Below, in pieces: positions 19,038-29,631 of a DNA stretch of 64,000 nt. Source of the DNA: Nitrospinaceae bacterium. Lineage in GTDB: Bacteria > Nitrospinota > Nitrospinia > Nitrospinales > VA-1. The first letter of the stretch is position 1. Each line of letters opens with the position of its first letter. The notes beneath the pieces were generated by a model. It was given only the letters and a program-made list of their open reading frames with translations. It had not been told where the DNA came from and ran no database searches. The position numbers and the translations under genes are program-made. The DNA lies in the NCBI GenBank assembly GCA_046754465.1, contig JBHHVU010000001.1:1-64000 (forward strand), written 5' to 3'.

Positions 19038-19946
19038 ATGAATCGTAGGAATTTTTTTAAAACCGTCGCCGGCCTTTCCCTTGGGATTGCCGGAACCCAA
19101 CTGGCCTTTCCTTATTCAATTAAGGCCAGAATGGCCAAACCCGTGGCCGACTGGGTCGCCAACGCCTTTCTTGATCCACGCATCAAGGACAAAATATCAA
19201 AACTTAAGCGGAAAAACCCGGATCTCAGAATTGGTGACACGCATTGCCATTCCCTGTATTCCGACGGAAATTCTCCGGTCGCCGACCTCCTGGACAGGGC
19301 GGCGGCGCTGGGCCTGGACTTCCTGGTCATCACAGAGCACTTGATGCCGCGGCAATACCCCCTCCACCGGTGCCTGGCCTCCATCCAGGAACGGTTGCGC
19401 TGCGTTCGGGAATGGGAGAACCCGTCCTATGATCCGGTCACCGTATATCCCGCGCTTGAGATCAGCACCCTGCAGGGTCATCTGATTGTGGTTCTGGACC
19501 CGGAATTTTTGCACCCGCGAAAATTCCACGAACTTAAACTTCAATTCTCCCGCTTCGACCAACGCATGATCTCCATGGAAGATACCGCCCAGCTGGTGGA
19601 ACCGTTTGGCGGGATCACCATCATTCCGCACCCAGGGATCCATAGGGATTATCCCTTCGGCGCTTCTCTCGATTTTATTCGGGATCATCTTGTGGGCCAG
19701 GTGGACGCCATCGAGGACGTCTCGACCGGACACGGGTACGAGGAAGATTATTCCACGGATCTTGGGATGGCGGCGGTCGGGTCCAGCGACGATCATTTCA
19801 ACCTCATCATTGGGACCGCGGTAACGGGTTATGATTCCCGCCGGCACCGGGATTTCCTTTCCGCCATCAAGGACCGCGAGACCCAGGCCATCAAAGTCGA
19901 CCGCTCCGTGGATGATCTCATGGCAGCCGCCCGGCTCGTTTTATAA
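19038..19946 (+). CDS. Tat-exported PHP-domain metallophosphoesterase
   Basis: MNRRNFF twin-arginine signal; DTHCHSLYSDG, ITEH, GSSDDH. Confidence 0.85.
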   Translation: MNRRNFFKTVAGLSLGIAGTQLAFPYSIKARMAKPVADWVANAFLDPRIKDKISKLKRKNPDLRIGDTHCHSLYSDGNSPVADLLDRAAALGLDFLVITEHLMPRQYPLHRCLASIQERLRCVREWENPSYDPVTVYPALEISTLQGHLIVVLDPEFLHPRKFHELKLQFSRFDQRMISMEDTAQLVEPFGGITIIPHPGIHRDYPFGASLDFIRDHLVGQVDAIEDVSTGHGYEEDYSTDLGMAAVGSSDDHFNLIIGTAVTGYDSRRHRDFLSAIKDRETQAIKVDRSVDDLMAAARLVL

Positions 19947-19971
19947 GAGGCAGGAGGGTTCTTCAAAAACC

Positions 19972-20493
19972 TTGAAGGCAAACCCCATTTATTACACCGT
20001 GTTTTCCACTCCGCTGGGTTTGGCGGGAATCGCCGGCTCCTCCAAGGGATTGTGCCGGATCTCGCTGGATATTGGCAACGAGGCGGAGTTCGTTGACTTC
20101 CTGAATCGCACGCCGGTCCCCTCCCCCATAAAAAATCTCCAGGGGTTTGCAAATGTGATAAAACAGTTCCAACTGTATTTTGCGGGCCAATTGACGTGTT
20201 TCACCTGCAAGCTGGATCTGAGCGCGGGAACGCCTTTCCAACAGAAGGTCTGGCGCAAGCTGATGACGATTCCTCATGGCACCACCAGAAGCTATCGATG
20301 GTTGGCTGGGGCCATTCAGCACCCGAAAGCTTTTCGCGCAGTGGGAGGGGCCAACGGGAAGAATCCTTTACCCATCATCATTCCCTGCCACCGGGTTATC
20401 CGGGAAAACGGGGATTTGGGAGGCTACACCGGCGGCCTGGGAATCAAACGGTTCCTGCTGGATCTTGAAAGGGTTTCTCATGGGGTTGTATAA
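19972..20493 (+). CDS. ogt: Methylated-DNA--protein-cysteine methyltransferase
   Basis: GTPFQQKVW, RAVGGANGKNP, IPCHRV active site; TTG start after AGGAGG. Confidence 0.92.
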   Translation: MKANPIYYTVFSTPLGLAGIAGSSKGLCRISLDIGNEAEFVDFLNRTPVPSPIKNLQGFANVIKQFQLYFAGQLTCFTCKLDLSAGTPFQQKVWRKLMTIPHGTTRSYRWLAGAIQHPKAFRAVGGANGKNPLPIIIPCHRVIRENGDLGGYTGGLGIKRFLLDLERVSHGVV

Positions 20494-21238
20494 AACAGAA
20501 GGCATCGTTTTACGCAGCATCAATTTTTCGGAGACGGATAAGGTGGTGACCTTCATGACCGAAAAATACGGCAAGGTCAAATGCGTCGCCAAATCAGCCC
20601 GAAAGATCAAAAGCCGCTTCACGGGGACGCTGGAACCCATGACCCACCTCCGCCTGATTTATTTTGGCAAGGAAAATCAGGAACTCTACCGGCTGAACCA
20701 TGCCGATATTTTTCACTCCTTTTATTCCGTGCGTGACGATTTTCAGAAAATGTACACCGGGATTTACTTTCTGGAACTTGTCGATAAAATGGTGCATGAG
20801 GGCCATCGGGAAATCCCGGTTTTTCAGCTCTTATTGCAAGCGTTGGAAGCCTTGGGATCCGGGGACCGGCTGGAAGCGCTGCCTCGGTTATTCGAGGCGC
20901 GTCTTTTGTCGCATTTGGGATACCGGCCCCAATTGAACTATTGCACCACCTGCAAAACGGACCGGTTGAACGGATGCGTCGGATTTGATTTTTTCAAAAA
21001 CAGCGTGCTTTGTGAAGGCTGCGCCCAAAAAAGCCACTCCGAAATCCAATTCAGCGCCGGCACCTTGAATTATTTAAGAAAGCTTCTGACACTGGATGTT
21101 CATTCCTGCGGAAGATTAAAATTCCCCAAAGGGACGGGTGAAGAAATCGAAAAGGTGACCCACCGTCTGGTTTTGTCCCATCTCGGACGCGAACTCAAAT
21201 CCTATCCCTTCATCAAACAGATGGCGGCGGTCGGGTAA
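20480..21238 (+). CDS. recO: DNA repair protein RecO
   Basis: TEGIVLRS...ETDKVV...KSARKIKSRF; CxxC...CxxC Zn finger. Confidence 0.93.
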   Translation: MGLYKTEGIVLRSINFSETDKVVTFMTEKYGKVKCVAKSARKIKSRFTGTLEPMTHLRLIYFGKENQELYRLNHADIFHSFYSVRDDFQKMYTGIYFLELVDKMVHEGHREIPVFQLLLQALEALGSGDRLEALPRLFEARLLSHLGYRPQLNYCTTCKTDRLNGCVGFDFFKNSVLCEGCAQKSHSEIQFSAGTLNYLRKLLTLDVHSCGRLKFPKGTGEEIEKVTHRLVLSHLGRELKSYPFIKQMAAVG

Positions 21239-21266
21239 CGGGATCTTATCGAAAGGCGAGCCCATC

Positions 21267-21653
21267 ATGGAAAAAAGAATCGTTAAAACCAGCGAGGCTC
21301 CGGCGGCCATCGGACCCTATGAACAAGGCATCCGCGTGGGAAATTTTCTTTTCATTTCCGGACAAATCGCCATGGAACCCGCGACGGGCCAATTGGTTCA
21401 AGGTGACATCGCCCAGGAAACCGAGCGCACCTTGAAAAATCTCGACGCCATCCTGAAAGCGGACGGATTGACCCGCGGCCACGTGGTCAAAACCACGGTT
21501 TACCTGGCCGACCTGAACGATTTCGCGCGCATGAACCAGGTTTATGAGAAATTTTTTACCGCGCCTCCTCCGGCTCGGGCTTGCGTTCAGGTCGCGGCCC
21601 TTCCCAAAGGAGCCAAAATCGAAATGGACGCAATCGCCATCGGCGAGTCCTGA
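21267..21653 (+). CDS. ridA: RidA/YjgF family reactive intermediate deaminase
   Basis: APAAIGPY, SGQI, PPARACVQVAALPKG. Confidence 0.93.
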   Translation: MEKRIVKTSEAPAAIGPYEQGIRVGNFLFISGQIAMEPATGQLVQGDIAQETERTLKNLDAILKADGLTRGHVVKTTVYLADLNDFARMNQVYEKFFTAPPPARACVQVAALPKGAKIEMDAIAIGES

Positions 21654-21674
21654 TCCTTTCCCCGTTCTTATCGT

Positions 21675-21929
21675 ATGGCCAAAAAAAATACCGGACAAAG
21701 AAATTTTTTTCGATTCATGACCCTGATCGGGGTATTGGTGATCGGCGGACTCGGCTACAGTTTCATTTCCTCCGCCCCGGATCTGAGCCCAACCGAATAT
21801 CACAAGGAATCCGCCGGAAACGGCAATGAAAATTGTTTGCAATGCCATGTTCAAAATATTGAAAATGCTCCCATAATGCCCCACCGTCCGATGGGGAACT
21901 GTTTTTTTTGTCACCGCCCGTCTGAGTAA
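21675..21929 (+). CDS. Small membrane-anchored diheme c-type cytochrome (NapB-like)
   Basis: 84 aa; N-terminal TM, CLQCH and CFFCH, two extra His. Confidence 0.8.
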   Translation: MAKKNTGQRNFFRFMTLIGVLVIGGLGYSFISSAPDLSPTEYHKESAGNGNENCLQCHVQNIENAPIMPHRPMGNCFFCHRPSE

Positions 21930-22595
21930 AGTCATTGATATTATTATCCTTCCCCTTTCACCCAAGAATCCGCCCCGGAAATGAGTTGATTTTTCCCCGG
22001 TTATTGTTTATATAACCTCGAATCGGAAGATACGGATTTCCGATTATCCATTCGAGGGAAACTCCATTCCAGGCAATTCCCCGCTGGGTCACGGTTGGTT
22101 AAGTTATCTGTTTTAAGATTCGGCATGGTGAAATCTTGCTCGCCCAAAACTGGACAAGGTCCCCTATAGGGCCCTTCTAAATCCATTCCAAGTTGGCGAC
22201 GGATGATGGATCCGGACTCTGCAATAAAAAGAAACACCTTTAAGTATTGTTTTTCCCGAAAAGGGAAAGTCGCGGGTACCAATAAAAAATATTCTTTCGT
22301 TGAAAAACGTCAACCTTTTTCAACAAATCCAAATGGAGACATGGTGTGGGAGCCGGAGGACTCATCCATCCTGACAACCGTTTTGCGTCTCTGACCACAA
22401 TTGCCGATTCGCCCGTTTCATCCATCCCTCCCATTCTCTTTAATCCCTTTTCAGCTTTCGTAATCAAGCCTTTGTGGATTAGGCATTTCCGAAGAAGAAT
22501 CAAAATTTTCAAGGTTAACGGGTTGACTTCTTTTTTTCCAATTTATTCCATGGCGTAGCTTTTTTTATTTTTCAAATCGAATTGGGGATTTAATT

Positions 22596-23795
22596 ATGAA
22601 AGCCATTCAAATATATAGGGTTTTACTTTTCAGCGTCTTATTCCTGGTGGTAAACGCGACTTTTTCCATGGCGGAGGACGAGGCGTCCGGCGGGGGGGAT
22701 TCCTCCCAAAAGGAGCTCAAAAATCTTAAAAAGGAAATATCCAAACTCAAGAAATCCTATCGCCAATTAAATAAAAGAATGATCCGGAAACCTCGTACGG
22801 ATTTCGATCTCCCTAAACTTCAAATTCGTGGGTTTGGACACCTTCAATACGATTACAAAGCCACCAAGACAATATCAAGGAACGGTTTCAGTAATAATTT
22901 TACTAACGGAGGGGTGGATTTATTCATCACTTCCCGGATCGCCAGTAAATTGAGCTTCCTCAATGAAACGGTCTTTGAGTTTGGGGAGGATGGAGCCAAT
23001 GTTCTCGATGTCGAACGAGTGTTACTGAAATATGAGGCGACGAATTGGTTCAATGTCTCTCTCGGCAGGGGCCATACCGCCTTGGGGTACTGGAACCAAC
23101 GGTTTCATCACGGGCGCTGGCTTTACACCACGGTGGACCGGCCTGTTCTCTACTCTTTTGAAGACGATGGCGGAATTTTGCCCGTCCATTTTGTCGGATT
23201 GGAATTTTCCGGGAACTTGGACTCCGGCATTGGGGGTTTAACTTATGTGGCCAATGTCGCGAACGGCAGGGGCCGAATCACCGATGAAGTCCAATTGACC
23301 GAGGATGACAACGATAGCAAAATGCTCAGCTTCATGTTCAGCTTTGAACCGGATTTCCTGCCTGGATTTGGATTTGGAGCAAATATTATAGGCGATACCA
23401 TCCCCAACAACCCGGGATTGGGGCGTCCCATAGAGGTTGACGAAAGAATCTACGGCACCCATGTCTTCTATATCGACGAAAAAATTGAACTTATCGGTGA
23501 ATTCCAATTCATTGAGCATTCTACCGCCACCGTAAAAACCCACTCCGGCGGATATGTCCAATTCGCATACACCTTTTTCAATAAGTACAAACCCTATTAT
23601 CGATACGATGTGATCGATATTGATTCGGCAGATTCGTTTTTCGCGGAAACCGGGGCGGAAGATACCGTTCAACACACCCTTGGAGTGCGAATTGAATGGT
23701 TTCCTTTCGCGGCGCTCAAACTGGAATACCGCAACAAGGATTCTGATTCTATTTCTTCCGATGAAGCTACCGCGCAGATTGCCTTTGCGTTTTAA
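22596..23795 (+). CDS. Outer-membrane beta-barrel (porin-like) protein
   Basis: signal peptide, short coiled coil, amphipathic strands, C-terminal AFAF. Confidence 0.82.
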   Translation: MKAIQIYRVLLFSVLFLVVNATFSMAEDEASGGGDSSQKELKNLKKEISKLKKSYRQLNKRMIRKPRTDFDLPKLQIRGFGHLQYDYKATKTISRNGFSNNFTNGGVDLFITSRIASKLSFLNETVFEFGEDGANVLDVERVLLKYEATNWFNVSLGRGHTALGYWNQRFHHGRWLYTTVDRPVLYSFEDDGGILPVHFVGLEFSGNLDSGIGGLTYVANVANGRGRITDEVQLTEDDNDSKMLSFMFSFEPDFLPGFGFGANIIGDTIPNNPGLGRPIEVDERIYGTHVFYIDEKIELIGEFQFIEHSTATVKTHSGGYVQFAYTFFNKYKPYYRYDVIDIDSADSFFAETGAEDTVQHTLGVRIEWFPFAALKLEYRNKDSDSISSDEATAQIAFAF

Positions 23796-23810
23796 AACCT
23801 TTGAAATCGA

Positions 23811-23856
23811 CCCAGGATCATGGCTCTAAAACTCCCAGGATCATGGCTCTAAAACT
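23811..23856. repeat. Perfect tandem duplication of 23 bp
   Basis: CCCAGGATCATGGCTCTAAAACT twice. Confidence 0.95.
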
Positions 23857-23987
23857 AAAGAACAGTTCCATGAGGGGAAAAACAGCGATAAATTCCAATA
23901 ATTCTAACTGCCAATTTTTCAATGTTAATTTCAATAACATATTGAGAAATTTATTCTTATCTAATATCCTAAGTAAGGAAAGAGAAA

Positions 23988-24467
23988 ATGAATAAGAAGA
24001 TCAGGAGGGGGGCAAAGAAGTATTTTTTCGCCATTTGTTTGAATGTTTTAAGTTTGTTCTTGTCTCAATCGTCGAGCTTGAGCTATGCGGGAAATATTGT
24101 AGCCATCGTCAATAAGGACAATCCCGTTTCCAGTTTGGCCGTGAAAGACCTGGAAAACCTATATAAAGGCAAAAAAAAGCAATGGGTAGGAGGGCAAGAA
24201 GTGGTTTTGTTTCTGCCGCCTTCCAAGAGCGAGGCTATGAAAACTTTGGCCTCAAAGGTCTTTAAAAAGGGGAGCGCCCTGGCAGTGTCCAAATTCTATC
24301 TCAAGGCGGTTTTCCAGCAAAAATTCGCGGCGCCTCCGCAATCGGTATCCGGGGCGGAAGATGCGGCCGAGACAGTTGCTGGCGAACCGGGAGGAATTGC
24401 CTTGGTTGATTCCAGCGAAATCACCGACAAATCATCCATCAAAATCATCAAAATAGACGGTTTATAA
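23988..24467 (+). CDS. Small periplasmic binding protein-like (PstS/PBP superfamily)
   Basis: signal peptide; IVNKDNPVSSL...LYKGK...W, VAGEPGGIA. Confidence 0.8.
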   Translation: MNKKIRRGAKKYFFAICLNVLSLFLSQSSSLSYAGNIVAIVNKDNPVSSLAVKDLENLYKGKKKQWVGGQEVVLFLPPSKSEAMKTLASKVFKKGSALAVSKFYLKAVFQQKFAAPPQSVSGAEDAAETVAGEPGGIALVDSSEITDKSSIKIIKIDGL

Positions 24468-24516
24468 CAAAATCCTGTATATGGAAAACTCCCTTTAAAC
24501 CCTAAAGGATTAAATT

Positions 24517-26811
24517 ATGTCCATTAAAACCAGGTTGATCTTGTTCGTTATGATTATTTTGATTGCCTTTTCCGGGTTTAGTTTTTTCTATTACCCAAAG
24601 GTCATGAAAGAACAAGCCATGACCACCCTGGAAAATAAATTGAAAAGCATGGCTGAAATGATCGCGCTGGGAGTAGGGATTGGACTGGGTTCGCAAGATT
24701 TTGCCGCCGTCAATGAGGCTTTGAATTGGGCCAAAAGAGACAAGGATTTGGCCTATCTGGGAGTTTTTGATTCGGATAAGGAAGGACTGGCCGAGGTCAA
24801 CAAGAATAACTTGAAAATGAATTTTAATGAGTTGTTGGAGTTGAAGGAACCCAGGGAAATCAATGGCAAGTTATTTTTCACCGCGCCGGTTAACTTCAAG
24901 AAGGAGAATTTTGGAAATCTGATCCTGGGCCTGTCCCTGAAAAATCTTGAAGCAAATATTTCGGAAAAACGGATGACCACCTTTTACCTCTGCCTTTCGT
25001 TGCTGATTTTTGGCACGGTCCTGACATTTTTCTTCAGCGGTCATCTGGTAAAACGGCTAAAAAAAATCATGGGAGTGATCGAGAAACTGGCTCAAGGCAA
25101 CTTAAAACAAGACCCCATAACGGTCATTTCCTCCGATGAAATTGGACAGTTGGGTCATGCATTCAACAATCTGCTCACCCAACTGAAGGCTCTCGTCCTG
25201 CAAGCGGAAGAGCTGGCCCGTGGAAAAATAAATTCTGGAAAAGTGTTGCAACGAATTGAAAGCGGCATGGATTTCGAAGCCGCCGCGGAATGGGAAAACG
25301 GCCATGAGGCGGGACATCGGGGGGATTTGGCGGAAGCTTTCAATAATCTGACTAAAACCATGAGAAAGCTCACCGTTCAAGCCGTGGCGATTTCCAGTGA
25401 CGATCTGGGAAACCCCGTCTTGAAAACAAAAATATCCGGGGAATTGGGAGACGCTTTCGCCAAAATGAACACAAAAATGAAATGGTTCGCTTCACAGGCC
25501 AACTTCATCGCCTCAAATGATATTAATAACGAAAAACTTAGCGATAATTCGACAGGAACGATGGGAACCTCCATGGCAACGATGGTGAAAAATCTGCGGA
25601 CGTCCAGAAATGAAATGGCCCGCCTGGTGGCCATGGTGGAACAATCTTCCACCAGTGTGATGTTCGCGGATCAGGATTTAATCCTCCGATACCTGAACCC
25701 CGCCGCCATTAAAGGGTTTAAAACCATTGAATCTATTCTTCCGAAAAAAGCCGATGATCTGCTTGGAAATTCAATAGACATTTTTCACAAGAATCCGGAA
25801 CAGGTCCGAAAAATTTTATCCGATCCCAAAAACCTGCCCTACAGGGCCACCATTGAAATAGGAGATGAAAAAATCGACCTGCTGGTCAATTCCATTTTTG
25901 ATGATGACGGTCATCCCTTGGGAATGATGGGCCATTGGGAAAGGGTCACGGAAAAAGAGAGGATGCGCCAGCGGGAGATTCAAACCAATGCCAGCATTCG
26001 AGAGATCATGGAGCAAGTGACGGGGATCGTTCGGGACCTGGGAGCTTCTTCCGAAAAACTCACGACGGTGAGCGATGAGATGGGGGATAACTCTCAAAAC
26101 ACGTCCTTAAAAGCGGGTGAGGTCTCCGCCGCGGCCGATAATATCAGTAAAAACGTTCAAACGGTGGCAACGGGAACCGAGGAGATGACCGCAAGCATCA
26201 AGGAAATCGCCGCCAATGCAAGCACGGCCGCCCAGGTCGCCGCCAATGCAGTTAAGGGCGCGGAAAACACCAATCTGATCGTGAATAAGTTGGGGGTTAG
26301 CAGCGGCGAAATCGGAGAAGTCGTCAAGGTCATCACCTCGATCGCGGAACAAACAAATCTACTGGCGCTCAACGCCACGATAGAAGCCGCCCGCGCGGGT
26401 GAGGCGGGAAAGGGGTTTGCCGTAGTCGCCAACGAGGTCAAAGAACTCGCCAAGGAAACAGCAAAAGCCACCGAAGAAATCGGTAAAAAAATTGAAACCA
26501 TTCAATCCGATACTCAACAGGCGGTGGAAGCCATCACCAGTTTTACCCAGATCATTGACCGGATTAACGATATTTCCAACACGATTGCCAGTGCCGTCGA
26601 GGAGCAAAGCGCCACCGCTAATGAAATGAGCCGCAATGTTCAGTCCGCCGCAAAGGGAAACGTGGAAATCGCGAAAAACATGGGTGTCGTGGTTCAGGCC
26701 GCGGAAAACACCAAGGACGGAGCATCCGAAACCCAGAACGCGGCGCGGGAACTGGTTCAAATGGCGGAGTCATTAAAAACCCTGGTGGGCAAGTTCAACC
26801 AGGTTTTGTAA
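24517..26811 (+). CDS. Methyl-accepting chemotaxis protein with HAMP and cytoplasmic PAS domains
   Basis: 2 TM, DEIGQL HAMP, PAS (SIDIFHKNP), [30 protein letters not shown]. Confidence 0.95.
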   Translation: MSIKTRLILFVMIILIAFSGFSFFYYPKVMKEQAMTTLENKLKSMAEMIALGVGIGLGSQDFAAVNEALNWAKRDKDLAYLGVFDSDKEGLAEVNKNNLKMNFNELLELKEPREINGKLFFTAPVNFKKENFGNLILGLSLKNLEANISEKRMTTFYLCLSLLIFGTVLTFFFSGHLVKRLKKIMGVIEKLAQGNLKQDPITVISSDEIGQLGHAFNNLLTQLKALVLQAEELARGKINSGKVLQRIESGMDFEAAAEWENGHEAGHRGDLAEAFNNLTKTMRKLTVQAVAISSDDLGNPVLKTKISGELGDAFAKMNTKMKWFASQANFIASNDINNEKLSDNSTGTMGTSMATMVKNLRTSRNEMARLVAMVEQSSTSVMFADQDLILRYLNPAAIKGFKTIESILPKKADDLLGNSIDIFHKNPEQVRKILSDPKNLPYRATIEIGDEKIDLLVNSIFDDDGHPLGMMGHWERVTEKERMRQREIQTNASIREIMEQVTGIVRDLGASSEKLTTVSDEMGDNSQNTSLKAGEVSAAADNISKNVQTVATGTEEMTASIKEIAANASTAAQVAANAVKGAENTNLIVNKLGVSSGEIGEVVKVITSIAEQTNLLALNATIEAARAGEAGKGFAVVANEVKELAKETAKATEEIGKKIETIQSDTQQAVEAITSFTQIIDRINDISNTIASAVEEQSATANEMSRNVQSAAKGNVEIAKNMGVVVQAAENTKDGASETQNAARELVQMAESLKTLVGKFNQVL

Positions 26812-26922
26812 GGAATTTTGAAAAAACCGGGATAATTTTGGTCAGGTATCCCATCCTCTCCTGCGGACGCATGAGGAATGCCCCCCTCCCCCCTCCCGGG
26901 ACCGCTCCGCCATAACTCTTCC

Positions 26923-28308
26923 TCAAAGATGCTCCATGGAGGCTTTTCCTAGGGGATAGACGTTGAACCCGATTTCAAACAGTTTCTTGTGGTCGAGAAG
27001 GTTTCTTCCATCAAAAATAAAGGCGGGTTTTTCCATGGTTTGGTAAATTTTTTTATAATCCATGGTCTTGTATTGCCGCCATTCGGTCAACAGGGCGATG
27101 GCGTGGGCTCCTTTCGCCGCTTGATACGGGTCGTCCACGAATTCCACAGCCCCTTCCACCCCCTTCAAATCGAAGCGGGCGTTCTCCAGGGCATGGGGAT
27201 CGGTGATATTTAGAAAAGCCTTTTCCTCCATGAGACGTTTACAGATGTAAATCGCCGGAGCGTCACGAGTATCGCCTGTATCGGGTTTGAAGGCAAAACC
27301 GAAGACTGCGATTTTTTTCTCCACCAGCGAATTGAACATTGCCCGCAAGATACGTTTGACAAACCGTTCCATCTGAAAATCGTTGATAGTAACAACTTGT
27401 TTCCAGAATTCGGCGACCTCCTCCAACCGGTAATATTCGCAGAGATAGACCAGATTCAAAATATCCTTTCGGAAACAGGACCCTCCAAAGCCCACTCCCG
27501 CCCGCAGAAATTTACGGCCGATCCGGGAATCCTGGCCGATGGCGTTGGAAACCTCTTCCACATCGGCTTCGGTGGCCTCGCATATGGCAGAGATGCTGTT
27601 GATGGACGAGATGCGCTGGGCCAGAAAGGCGTTGGAGGCCAACTTGGAAAGTTCACTGCTCCAAAGATTGGTCGTGATCAGTTTTTCCCGGGGCACCCAA
27701 TGCAGGTACAACTGCATCAATTCGTTCCGGGCGGAAATGCCCGTGGGGCTGTCCTTGGACCCGATCAGGACGCGGTCTGGATTTTCCATATCGGCGATCG
27801 CGGTACCCTCGGCCATGAATTCAGGATTGGAAAGAATTTCGAACCGCACGGAGTTGTTCCCGGAATGCAGGATGGTCTCCAGGGTGTGAGCGGCGCGAAC
27901 GGGGATGGTGCTTTTCTCGACAACGATCTTGTTGGACGTTGCGTTCTGCTTGATACGCCTGGCTGTATTTTCGATATACTGCAGATCGACCGCTTTCCCC
28001 GCCCCTTCCCCAAACATCTTGGTCGGCGTGTTGACGGAAACGAAAATGATATCCGCTTCGGCGATTTCCCTGTCGATATTGGCGGAAAAAAACAGATTTT
28101 TACCGCGCACTCTTTCGATCCGCTCTTTCAATCCCGGTTCGTAAATCGGCAATCGGTCGGAATTCCATGCATCGATGCGGGCCTGGGAAACATCGACCAC
28201 CGTCACTTTACATTCGGGGCATTTGTTGGCAATGACTGTCATGGTGGGTCCGCCAACATATCCCGCCCCTATGCAGACAATTTTCTTGTTAAATCGGGTT
28301 TCCACCAT
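26923..28308 (-). CDS. ugd: UDP-glucose 6-dehydrogenase
   Basis: [39 protein letters not shown]. Confidence 0.95.
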   Translation of the reverse strand: MVETRFNKKIVCIGAGYVGGPTMTVIANKCPECKVTVVDVSQARIDAWNSDRLPIYEPGLKERIERVRGKNLFFSANIDREIAEADIIFVSVNTPTKMFGEGAGKAVDLQYIENTARRIKQNATSNKIVVEKSTIPVRAAHTLETILHSGNNSVRFEILSNPEFMAEGTAIADMENPDRVLIGSKDSPTGISARNELMQLYLHWVPREKLITTNLWSSELSKLASNAFLAQRISSINSISAICEATEADVEEVSNAIGQDSRIGRKFLRAGVGFGGSCFRKDILNLVYLCEYYRLEEVAEFWKQVVTINDFQMERFVKRILRAMFNSLVEKKIAVFGFAFKPDTGDTRDAPAIYICKRLMEEKAFLNITDPHALENARFDLKGVEGAVEFVDDPYQAAKGAHAIALLTEWRQYKTMDYKKIYQTMEKPAFIFDGRNLLDHKKLFEIGFNVYPLGKASMEHL

Positions 28309-28336
28309 ATTCAATCCCAAACCGGACTCTGATGCG

Positions 28337-28380
28337 AAAAAAAGAGGCCTGTGCCCCGTTTAGGGGGGCCAGACCTCTTG
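28337..28380 (-). terminator. Rho-independent terminator after the c554-like gene
   Basis: minus-strand AGAGGTCTGGCCCC...GGGGCACAGGCCTCT followed by a T run. Confidence 0.6.
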
Positions 28381-28397
28381 ATATTCCAGGGTCTCAG

Positions 28398-29234
28398 TTA
28401 TTTTGTCTTATATTTGAAGGTTTTCTTTTTGTAGTTATAAGGCATGGTCTTCCTATTGAAGAGAAGTTTACCCTTCTTGACCAAAAAGTCTTCGATAACC
28501 AAAGGAGTCTTCTCGGACTGAGCCACTTCCTTGGCGCGATCCTTCACTTTTTCCAGTTTCTGATCCTGGTTGTCCTCGTTCCAGTATTTGTCCTTCTGAT
28601 GGACTTTCTTTTTGCGTTCCTCAAAGTTGAACTTGTATTTATCCGCCAGGGAAGGTTGAAATGGCGTCCTTTTGTGAGTGTGGCACCGGGTGCAGACGTT
28701 GGCGTAATCCCACCGTTGCCCGTACTTTTCCGTATCGGCCTTATGAAAATCGCCCTTGGTGTTTTTCATGACCACACGGAACTGCGCGCCCCCCGCCACG
28801 GAATGGCACATCTCGCACCCCACTTGCTCCAGGTTCGGCTCATCGGGATCAATGGGCGTACTAATATCCTTGCCTTTCTTGTTTTTGGTACCCGCCGGCT
28901 TGAATCCGCCCGGCTGACGGTAACCGGTGGTATGGCACCGCAGACAGAGGGGGTTGGTGGTGTAATCTTTATCGGGATCCAACTTGGCGCGTTTTTTCGC
29001 TTTCACCCTCTCACCCGGCTTTAACAAGGTGTACGTGTGGCCGTGGGGAGATTGGACCCAAGCTTGATAGTATGCGTCGTGGCAACTGCCGTTGCATTTG
29101 GTCGCGCCAACGTAAGACGGCTTTTTGGGGATTTTCTTTTTTTTCTTTTTTCTCGCGTCAGCATCCCCGGATGCACTCAAAACTACTGACACAGCAAGCA
29201 AAATCAAGCCAAAAATCTTAAGAGTTTTCCTCAT
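28398..29234 (-). CDS. Cytochrome c554-family tetraheme cytochrome
   Basis: signal peptide; CNGSCH, CLRCH, CEMCH, CTRCH; AKLDPDKDYT and TPFQP...KYKFNF segments match c554 as I recall it. Confidence 0.88.
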   Translation of the reverse strand: MRKTLKIFGLILLAVSVVLSASGDADARKKKKKKIPKKPSYVGATKCNGSCHDAYYQAWVQSPHGHTYTLLKPGERVKAKKRAKLDPDKDYTTNPLCLRCHTTGYRQPGGFKPAGTKNKKGKDISTPIDPDEPNLEQVGCEMCHSVAGGAQFRVVMKNTKGDFHKADTEKYGQRWDYANVCTRCHTHKRTPFQPSLADKYKFNFEERKKKVHQKDKYWNEDNQDQKLEKVKDRAKEVAQSEKTPLVIEDFLVKKGKLLFNRKTMPYNYKKKTFKYKTK

Positions 29235-29631
29235 TACTCCCTCCCAGGAACGGAATGGCGGCTGCAAGAAAATGTTTTCGAGCAAAAGAACGCAGGAAGC
29301 ATAATATAAAACCTTAAGCGGGTCAATAACAAATTCGGTTAAGTGCTTGTAAATACGCTATCCATAACTGATTTCGCCGCGGCGCCCTCTTTGCCCGCTG
29401 CGGCCGGTTTTTGTTTATTGGATTTTCCGGTCTCCTGAGCTCCATTCCCAGGCCTGACGGCGGGTTCCCTCGCTTGAAAATTGCTTTTTTCCGGACCCAA
29501 CGATCCTGGGCAACGGTTTGATTTGCAATCTGGTTAATTTTTATGAATAATTTTTGTATTCTGGACTCATTGCTTTTTGTCTAACCCGGGCTGGCACACC
29601 CATCCTCGGAGGTTCCCTCATAAATTTTAAT

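Noticed and set aside
21930..22595. Long intergenic region with two TCATCCATCC copies and short ORFs
   Set aside because: No riboswitch consensus or regular repeat period recognised; ORFs lack RBS and motifs
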